52,345 nt of DNA from assembly GCA_002717225.1 (NCBI GenBank), contig PBDG01000073.1, positions 1 to 52,345 on the forward strand. The letters are read 5' to 3'. This document shows, one piece after another, positions 18,321 through 25,430 of the stretch. The translations under genes were made by a program, and so were the position numbers. This DNA comes from Rhodospirillaceae bacterium (GTDB lineage Bacteria > Pseudomonadota > Alphaproteobacteria > UBA828). The notes beneath the pieces were generated by a model. The model made no database searches, was not told the origin of the DNA, and saw only the letters and a program-made list of their open reading frames with translations. How positions within the stretch are numbered: position 1 is the stretch's first letter; every line of letters begins with the position of its first letter.

Positions 18321-19677
18321 TCTGCCAAACTATTTCCTGATCGATATCCCCACCGAGGCGCGCCTCAACCCAGCCATGCTGCGAGAGGCGCTCCGGCAGA
18401 TTAAGCGAAACCGCCGCCAATACATTCGGGACATGTCCACCGACGACGTGGTGAAGATTCTCGCACGTCTTGCTGACAACTGGCGTGACGACCTTTTTCC
18501 CTTTCGCCAACACGCCTTGGAGCATGGCCCAAAGCAAATGGGATTCTCACGGGAAACGTTGAGCCGCGGACTGGACCAGTTCTTTGAGCGAATCACCGAA
18601 GACAGCCTGCACAATCTTCTCGCACAGGAATTCGGGGATGCCCGCAGACTCGATACCCCCGCCCCCATTCCCGAGGAGCGTGTTGAAAACCGAATGGCTC
18701 TTGCCATTGGCCCCGAGCTCATCGGCCACATAACCGCTGGCAATCTCCCCTGCCCCGCGCTCATGAGCATGATCCACGGCCTGCTCATCGGCTCCGCTCA
18801 ATTCATCAAGTGCGCCCGTGCCACGGGCTTTCTACCTCGATTGTTTGCCCACTCCATCTATGAAGCCCACGGCAAGTTTGGCGCCTGCATCGAGATCGCC
18901 GAGTGGGAGGGAGGCCAGAAAGATCTGGAACAGGAATTGTTCGAGGAAGCCGATTGCATCACGGCAACGGGTCGTGACGAAACCCTTGCAGATATTCGTT
19001 CGCGCCTGCCGCAAGGCACCGCATTCCTTGGGCATGGTCATCGTGTCAGCTTTGGATTCCTGACCAAGGATGTAACCACCCGCGCCTTGGCCCGTGAGCA
19101 AGCCCATCTTGCCGCCGATGATATTGCCGCCTGGAACCAGCTCGGCTGCCTGTCCCCACATGCATACTACGTGCAACGAGGCGGCGCACATGGAGCGGAG
19201 AAATTTGCCGAGCTCTTGGCTGAAGCACTGGCGGAAAAGGAATCCACCGAACCCCGCGGCGAACTCACGACCGCCGATGCCGCGAACATCGCCGATCTCC
19301 GATCACTCTATGAAACGCGCGCCGCCAATGTCGGCGATGTCCGGCTCTGGCAAAGCGAGGAATCCACGGCTTGGACCGTAATCTATGACCGCGAACAAAT
19401 CTTTCGCCCCTCCTGCCTCAATCGCTTCGTCTTTGTGAAGGAAGTCGAGGATCTTGAGGAAGCCCTGCGAACCGCAGAAATGATCCGTGGCCAAGTCAGT
19501 ACGGTTGGCCTGGCCGCGACCAAGCTCGATGCTGCCGACCTAGTACGTCAACTCGCACACTGGGGCGTCACCCGCGTATGCCCCATCGGTCAAATGCAAA
19601 ATCCGCCCCTTACTTGGCGCCACGATGGCCGCCCCGCGCTGGCCGATTATGTACGCTGGACCGACTGGGAACTGTAA
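18307..19677 (+). CDS. LuxC-like acyl-CoA (fatty acyl) reductase
   Basis: About 456 aa from ATG 18307, which overlaps the luxE-like stop by 14 nt. HITAGNLP and WNQLGCLSPH (candidate catalytic Cys) resemble LuxC-family motifs. Confidence 0.6.
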   Translation: MAPLDLPNYFLIDIPTEARLNPAMLREALRQIKRNRRQYIRDMSTDDVVKILARLADNWRDDLFPFRQHALEHGPKQMGFSRETLSRGLDQFFERITEDSLHNLLAQEFGDARRLDTPAPIPEERVENRMALAIGPELIGHITAGNLPCPALMSMIHGLLIGSAQFIKCARATGFLPRLFAHSIYEAHGKFGACIEIAEWEGGQKDLEQELFEEADCITATGRDETLADIRSRLPQGTAFLGHGHRVSFGFLTKDVTTRALAREQAHLAADDIAAWNQLGCLSPHAYYVQRGGAHGAEKFAELLAEALAEKESTEPRGELTTADAANIADLRSLYETRAANVGDVRLWQSEESTAWTVIYDREQIFRPSCLNRFVFVKEVEDLEEALRTAEMIRGQVSTVGLAATKLDAADLVRQLAHWGVTRVCPIGQMQNPPLTWRHDGRPALADYVRWTDWEL

Positions 19678-19694
19678 TTCAAAAACCACCTACA

Positions 19695-20057
19695 ATGAAA
19701 GTTCAGTTAAAAAAGACCTTTCAATTCGAGGCCGCCCATTCGCTGCCCAAGTTGCCACCCAGCCACAAATGCCACCGCCTGCATGGGCATAGTTTTAAGG
19801 TGGATGTGATCGTGGAGGGCCAGTGTGACCCGGAATTGGGCTGGCTCGTGGATTATGCGGACATCGCAAACGCATTCGAACCATTCTGGAAACAACTCGA
19901 CCACAATCATCTCAACGCAATTGAAGGGCTGGATAACCCCACCAGTGAGAATATCGCCAAGTGGATCTGGGACCGCCTCCACCCTTCGCTGCCACAACTC
20001 ACGGCCATCGAGGTGGCGGAAACCTGCAACGCAAGTTGTGTCTACAGAGGAGAATGA
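19695..20057 (+). CDS. queD: 6-carboxy-5,6,7,8-tetrahydropterin synthase (PTPS/QueD family)
   Basis: 120 aa from ATG 19695. FEAAHSLP, CHRLHGHSF (Cys-x3-His-Gly-His) and GWLVDYADI are QueD hallmarks. Confidence 0.85.
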   Translation: MKVQLKKTFQFEAAHSLPKLPPSHKCHRLHGHSFKVDVIVEGQCDPELGWLVDYADIANAFEPFWKQLDHNHLNAIEGLDNPTSENIAKWIWDRLHPSLPQLTAIEVAETCNASCVYRGE

Positions 20058-20075
20058 CTAGCCCATCCGCCGGCC

Positions 20076-20104
20076 TTGGCAAATTGCCAGCCCCCCACTA
20101 GATT
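20076..20104 (+). promoter_or_regulatory. Putative sigma-70-type promoter (leaderless) of the VOC-family gene
   Basis: TTGGCA (20076-20081), a 17-nt spacer, then TAGATT (20099-20104). ATG 20111 is 6 nt downstream. The -35 element lies inside the palindrome TGGCAAATTGCCA (20077-20089). Confidence 0.35.
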
Positions 20105-20110
20105 CCCTCT

Positions 20111-20560
20111 ATGCCCACGCGATACGCCCATGTGAACATCATCGCCGCAGACTGGAAACGACTGTGCACTTTCTATGAACAGGTGTTTGACTGCGAACCG
20201 GTCAGTTCCGAACGCGACCATCATGGCCCACACATTGATGCTTTGACAGCAGAGCCAGGCCTCCGCATTCGCGGCCGTCATATGCGCGTGCCAGGCCATG
20301 GCGAAAATGGGCCCACCATCGAGATTTTTACTGCCAACGAAAGCGCCCCGGACACCCCCAAAAAGCTTACCCATCCGGGCTTTGCGCACCTGGCCTTCGA
20401 GGTGGATGACGTAGATTCAAAACGCATCCAAATCAAGGAACTTGGCGGCTCGGACTATGGTGACCTTGTTACCATCGACATTCCCGGCGCGGGCAAATTG
20501 ACCCTGATCTACATGACCGATCCGGAGGGGAATATCGTTGAGCTGCAAAAGTGGCATTAA
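20111..20560 (+). CDS. VOC-family (glyoxalase/bleomycin-resistance/dioxygenase fold) protein
   Basis: 149 aa. HVNIIAADW..., GFAHLAFEVDDVD and MTDPEGNIVELQ are typical paired beta-alpha-beta-beta-beta VOC motifs. Confidence 0.75.
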   Translation: MPTRYAHVNIIAADWKRLCTFYEQVFDCEPVSSERDHHGPHIDALTAEPGLRIRGRHMRVPGHGENGPTIEIFTANESAPDTPKKLTHPGFAHLAFEVDDVDSKRIQIKELGGSDYGDLVTIDIPGAGKLTLIYMTDPEGNIVELQKWH

Positions 20561-20617
20561 ACTGAAGTGTTAGCCGTTGCGCCGAACTGGCCATGCCGTG
20601 TAAACTGGCTGCGCTGC

Positions 20618-23600
20618 ATGAAAAATCGCTGCTTTCCCGCAATTGCCCTCACCTCATTTTTGGCCTTTGGCGCTCACGCGCAGTTGGTGCCCCCGCCCCC
20701 CAAGCCCATCGTAGGCGCAAGACACCCCGCGCTTTCCCCCAATGGCAAGAGCTTGGCGTTTGTTTACCGGGGAGACATTTGGGGTGTCAGTTCGGCGGGA
20801 GGCCGAGCCATGCCATTAACTAGCCATTTGGAACTGGATGCCTACCCGATCTTCTCTCCGGACGGCAAATGGATCGCTTTTGGCAGTCTGCGGAATGGGA
20901 ACTGGGATATCTTTATCATGCCGGCCATCGGTGGGCCGGCGATGCAGTTGACTTGGCATTCTGGCCATGAAATTCCGTTTGGCTGGAGCCCTGACAGCCG
21001 CAGGATCAGTTTTTCGGCAAAACGCAACCCGCCGCGCTATGGAATTTTCACGGTCGACATCCAGACGCGCCGCACCGGCCTTGTTTGCGAGGATTATGCG
21101 ATCATGCGCTATCCGCGCTGGTCGCCGAATGGCAAACAAATGGTGTATGGCCGTTTTGGCTTCCCCTGGTACCGGCCCCGTTACACCGGGTCGGCAGCTG
21201 CCCAGATCTGGTTGTGGGATACCGTCAAAAACCAGCGCGCGATTGTCCCGGACACCGACAACCAACGGCAGCATCTTTACACACAATTCACACCCGACGG
21301 AAAAAAACTTCTCACCGTGACGACGGATGAAGCCACACCCAACAGCCCTCTCTTGAGCAAGAAACTACCTCCACTCAAGGATACACCCGCAATGACACCC
21401 AACCTTTGGCTCATTAGCCTTGATGGCAAACGGGAGCAACTAACAAATTTAAGCGGAGATGCGGTCCGTTACCCCAGCATGGCCAAGAACGGTGATATTG
21501 CCTTTGAGTATAAGGACGGCATCTGGATGCTGCCCAAGGGCGCAGACAAGCCAAAGCGCATCCCCCTTTTGGCCCTGACCGACTCCAAGCGCAACCCAAG
21601 CCATTACGAACGAATTGTCCGGGGCGTAACCGAGGCTGAACCGTCACCGGATGGAAAACACATGGCCTTCGGCTTGAAGGGAGATATTTGGGTGGTCAGG
21701 TCCGCCAAGCCCAAGGGCAATGAAAAAGACCTCGCGGAACGCGCACGCCGACTAACCCGATGGGCTGGCGACGACTCCGACTTCTCGTGGTCTCATGACA
21801 GCAAGAAGATATATTTTACCAGCGATCGTGAGGGCAACAATCGCATCTACGAAGTCACGATCGCCAACCGCACCATCCGCCCCCTCTGGAAACGGCAGGA
21901 GGATGTTACCCGCCTGCGAATGGGACCGGACGGCAAATTTCTTTTTTGCTGGGTTGCCGGCCCCGAGGGTGGCCTGCATCGAATTGATTTAAAGGATTCT
22001 GCGGTGAAGCGCATCATCAAGGTTCCCGGCACACATTCAAGAGGGCAAGGCGGTGTGGATTACGAATGGTCGCCTGACCTCAAGTGGATCGCCTTTACCC
22101 GGCGCGGTAAGAGCGGCTCCTACAACATCTGGATCACTCCTTACGAAGGCGGCAAGGAGTATAATATCACCCTGCTAAACGCCACCCACAGCAACCCCGC
22201 TTGGTCTCCTGATGGCCGCTACCTTTTTTTCCAGAGCAACCGCAGTGGAGACGGCCTTTATGCAGTCGCGTTGCGTGAAGAGGATTTCCACGAAAACGGC
22301 GAATTGAAATTTGCCAAGCCCAAAGGGGATTTGGACATCAAGATAGATTTCAATAACATCCACCGGCGAATCCGCAAGGTGTCCTCACAAAATCCGGATG
22401 CCGATTTGAACATCATGGATGACGGCCGGATTTTCTTCCTTTCCGGCAACAATGTCTGGAAACTCAACTACGATGGCAGCGAAAGCAAAAAGATGACCGA
22501 CGGCGGTGGACATGTTGCCTTCCGGGTCATGCGCAAGCGCAACGAGGCCACCTTTATGAAAGGGGGCGAAATGTTTCTTTTAAGGCTTGGCGGCGGGCCG
22601 CCCCTCCGCATCACTTTTGCCGCTGAGTGGACTCAGGACATCCGTGCTGAACGACTGGCCTCATTCCAGCAATTCTGGCGCACATATCACCACCGGTTTT
22701 ACGATGCCTCATTCCACGGACGGGATTGGAAAACCCTGCGCGACAAGTATGGTCGCCGCCTCTCGTCCGTGGACACCGACGCGGAATTTGCTGCCCTTCT
22801 CTCCATGCTCGTTGGCGAACTCGAGACCTCCCACTGCGAGGTCACGGCCAAGCCACCGGCCGGCCCCAAGCCGACTACCCCCCACTTGGGACTCGTTTTC
22901 GACTATTCCCACCAAGGCACCGGCATCAAGATCAATAGTGTCCCTGCCGGTTCCCCCCCGTCATTTGAAAAAACACGCATCAAGCCCGGCGAATATCTCC
23001 TTGGGATCAACGGAGAATTGGTCACTTGCAACGAAAAATTGTACGATTGGCTCAATCGGTTTGACGGCAAATATATCGAGCTGTTGGTCAATTCCGCACC
23101 CAAGCGCGACGGCGCGAGAACGGTCCGTTACAAACTTTTGACTTGGAAGGGTTTCAGCCAGCTCAACTACCGCAACCAGGTCGCCAAGGCACAGGATTTT
23201 GTAGCCAAAAAGTCCGGTGGGAAAATCGGCTATGTCCACATTCCAGGCATGGGCGAAACCGACCAACGGCAATTTGAGCGGGAAGTCTACGAATACATTC
23301 AGGACAAGGACGCCATTATCTTCGACGTGCGCTTCAACGGCGGCGGACGGATCAGCGACAACCTCATCGACATGCTGGAACGCAAACAACACGGAATATA
23401 CGTGCCCCGGGATGGTGCGCCCGAGCCCGCGCCTGGTCGCGCCTGGCACAAGCCCATCGTGGTCATCATGAATGAACACAGCTATTCCAACGCGGAGATG
23501 TTTCCGTATGCCATCCGTCAACGAGGCCTCGGCCGACTGGTTGGCATGCCGACGCCTGGCTATGTGATCTGGACCTCCACCTTCACCCTGACCAATGGCA

Positions 23601-23782
23601 CGCGCTGCCGAATCCCCGGCCGAGGTGTGTGGCGCATGGATGGGACCAACATGGAAAACCAGGGCGAAAAACCCGATCTCCAAGTATGGATGACCCCCGC
23701 CGAATGGCTGGAAGGAAAAGATCCGCAACTGGAAAAGGCCATCGAAATGCTGCAGACACCACGACCCACCGCCGGCAAGTAG
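20618..23782 (+). CDS. Tricorn-protease-like S41 peptidase (beta-propellers + PDZ + S41 C-terminal domain), secreted
   Basis: About 1054 aa from ATG 20618, with signal peptide MKNRCFPAIALTSFLAFGAHAQ. There are repeated PxFSPDGKxIAF/WSPDG propeller blades. The C-terminal part carries GYVHIPGM..., DVRFNGGG and NEHSYSNAE, which are S41-like. Confidence 0.85.
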   Translation: MKNRCFPAIALTSFLAFGAHAQLVPPPPKPIVGARHPALSPNGKSLAFVYRGDIWGVSSAGGRAMPLTSHLELDAYPIFSPDGKWIAFGSLRNGNWDIFIMPAIGGPAMQLTWHSGHEIPFGWSPDSRRISFSAKRNPPRYGIFTVDIQTRRTGLVCEDYAIMRYPRWSPNGKQMVYGRFGFPWYRPRYTGSAAAQIWLWDTVKNQRAIVPDTDNQRQHLYTQFTPDGKKLLTVTTDEATPNSPLLSKKLPPLKDTPAMTPNLWLISLDGKREQLTNLSGDAVRYPSMAKNGDIAFEYKDGIWMLPKGADKPKRIPLLALTDSKRNPSHYERIVRGVTEAEPSPDGKHMAFGLKGDIWVVRSAKPKGNEKDLAERARRLTRWAGDDSDFSWSHDSKKIYFTSDREGNNRIYEVTIANRTIRPLWKRQEDVTRLRMGPDGKFLFCWVAGPEGGLHRIDLKDSAVKRIIKVPGTHSRGQGGVDYEWSPDLKWIAFTRRGKSGSYNIWITPYEGGKEYNITLLNATHSNPAWSPDGRYLFFQSNRSGDGLYAVALREEDFHENGELKFAKPKGDLDIKIDFNNIHRRIRKVSSQNPDADLNIMDDGRIFFLSGNNVWKLNYDGSESKKMTDGGGHVAFRVMRKRNEATFMKGGEMFLLRLGGGPPLRITFAAEWTQDIRAERLASFQQFWRTYHHRFYDASFHGRDWKTLRDKYGRRLSSVDTDAEFAALLSMLVGELETSHCEVTAKPPAGPKPTTPHLGLVFDYSHQGTGIKINSVPAGSPPSFEKTRIKPGEYLLGINGELVTCNEKLYDWLNRFDGKYIELLVNSAPKRDGARTVRYKLLTWKGFSQLNYRNQVAKAQDFVAKKSGGKIGYVHIPGMGETDQRQFEREVYEYIQDKDAIIFDVRFNGGGRISDNLIDMLERKQHGIYVPRDGAPEPAPGRAWHKPIVVIMNEHSYSNAEMFPYAIRQRGLGRLVGMPTPGYVIWTSTFTLTNGTRCRIPGRGVWRMDGTNMENQGEKPDLQVWMTPAEWLEGKDPQLEKAIEMLQTPRPTAGK

Positions 23783-23783
23783 A

Positions 23784-25409
23784 ATGGCCACCAACCAGGA
23801 GCTCATCGAACAATGGTGGAAAGAAGAAGCACCGTTGCTCCCCTTGCTTCACGCCTTCCACGACCGCGACGGATTCATAAGTGAAGAAGCCATCCGCGCG
23901 GTGGCGGACGGGTTGAAGATTCCCGTGGCCGAGGTGTTCGGCACGGTCACTTTTTACCACCACTTTGCACGAAAGGCGCCCGGGCAGGCTGCGCCGCGCG
24001 TGTGCACCGGGCCGGCTTGCAAATACTTGGGCGCACCGGAGCTTTTGAAATCCCTCGAGGGCGCAACTCCGATGGCTTGTGCCGGCCGCTGCGATGACGG
24101 CGTGCCGGTGTTGCAAGGGCACGAGGTGCGCGTAGGACGGACGGCGGATTCACTGGAGAAGACACCATCCCCGTTGCCGCCGCCCAATCCAGGCAACGTG
24201 GAGGAATGCGTGTTCGCCCACATCCGCGAGCCGGAGCGCAACACGATGGAGGGCTATCGCGGTTACGAGGCGCTGGAGAAGGCGCGGGGGATGTCGCGGG
24301 CGAACTTGCTGGCACTCATCACGGACAGTCATTTGGCGGGGCGCGGGGGCGCTGGGTTTCCCACGGGCAAGAAATGGGAGATGGTCGAGCAGGCGGAGGG
24401 CGAGCCGAAGTCGATTGTGTGCAACGCCGACGAGGGCGAGCCGGGATGTTTCAAGGACCGTGCGATCCTCGACTATGACCCGCACGCGGTCATTGAGGGC
24501 ATGGCCATCGCTGCGCACGCGACGGGGGCGACGAAGGGGTTCATTTATTTGCGCTACGAGTATCCCGAAACTTTCCAGATCGTCGAGCGCGCCATGGCGG
24601 AGGCGGAGGAACTTCTGGGCGACGGCTTCAAGCTGTATCTGCGGCGTGGCGGCGGGGCGTACATTTGCGGCGAGGAGGGTTCGCTTTTAAACAGCCTCGA
24701 GGGCAAGCATCCCTTCCCGCGCAACCGGCCGCCGTTCCCCGTGACGCACGGCTACAACGACCTGCCCACCGTCGTGAATAATGTCGAGACACTGGCGTCG
24801 GTGGCGCCCATCGTGATGAAGGGCGCGGAGTGGTATCGCGGATTGGGCCTGGGCGAGCACGCGGGGACAAAGCTGGTCAGCGTGTCCGGCGACATCCAGC
24901 GGCCGGGGAATTTCGAGGCGCCATTTGGGCTGCCGTTGCTGACGCTTTTGAATGAATGGTGCGGCGGCGCGCCGGAGGGCCGGAGCATTCAGGCGGTGAC
25001 GATGGCGGGGGTGTCCGGCGGCTTCCTCGCGGGCGACGATCTCGACGTGACGCTCGATGAGCCGTCCATTCGCGCGAAGGGCGCGTTCCTTGGGGCGGCG
25101 GGCATCATGGTGTTTGACGACACGCGCGACATGGTGGAGGTGGCGCACTGCGCGATGGAGTTTTTCGCGGAAGAATCCTGCGGCAAGTGTTTCCCCTGCC
25201 GCATCGGCACACAGCGACTCACCGAGCGACTCAATGGCGCGGCCGGTCCTGCCGATGAAACGAAGTGGCGCGAGGAGGTGCATGACATCGGCCGGACAAT
25301 GATGGCCACCAGCGCGTGCGGCCTGGGCGTCGCGGCGCCGAACATCACGGAGAGCCTTGTTAAATACTTCCCGGAGCAGGTGGCCGCGAGCTTGAAAAAC
25401 GGCCGCTGA
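23784..25409 (+). CDS. fdsB: NAD-dependent formate dehydrogenase beta subunit (NuoE-like [2Fe-2S] domain fused to a NuoF-like FMN/NAD(H) and [4Fe-4S] domain)
   Basis: 541 aa. The N-terminal thioredoxin-like part has CTGPAC...CAGRC. GRGGAGFPTGKKW is a NuoF-type motif, and ESCGKCFPCRIGT is the N3-cluster motif. Confidence 0.8.
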   Translation: MATNQELIEQWWKEEAPLLPLLHAFHDRDGFISEEAIRAVADGLKIPVAEVFGTVTFYHHFARKAPGQAAPRVCTGPACKYLGAPELLKSLEGATPMACAGRCDDGVPVLQGHEVRVGRTADSLEKTPSPLPPPNPGNVEECVFAHIREPERNTMEGYRGYEALEKARGMSRANLLALITDSHLAGRGGAGFPTGKKWEMVEQAEGEPKSIVCNADEGEPGCFKDRAILDYDPHAVIEGMAIAAHATGATKGFIYLRYEYPETFQIVERAMAEAEELLGDGFKLYLRRGGGAYICGEEGSLLNSLEGKHPFPRNRPPFPVTHGYNDLPTVVNNVETLASVAPIVMKGAEWYRGLGLGEHAGTKLVSVSGDIQRPGNFEAPFGLPLLTLLNEWCGGAPEGRSIQAVTMAGVSGGFLAGDDLDVTLDEPSIRAKGAFLGAAGIMVFDDTRDMVEVAHCAMEFFAEESCGKCFPCRIGTQRLTERLNGAAGPADETKWREEVHDIGRTMMATSACGLGVAAPNITESLVKYFPEQVAASLKNGR

Positions 25410-25430
25410 TCTGCCACAAACTCTCCCCCG

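Noticed and set aside
20077-20092. TGGCAA...TTGCC read as a sigma-54 (-24/-12) promoter, prompted by the NtrC-family regulator in the window
   Set aside because: The GG-to-GC spacing is 8 nt rather than the required ~12 (TGGCAC-N5-TTGC). Other TGGCAC occurrences I checked by eye (near 9436, 10158, 16243, 45944) also lack a correctly spaced TTGC. My scan was not exhaustive.
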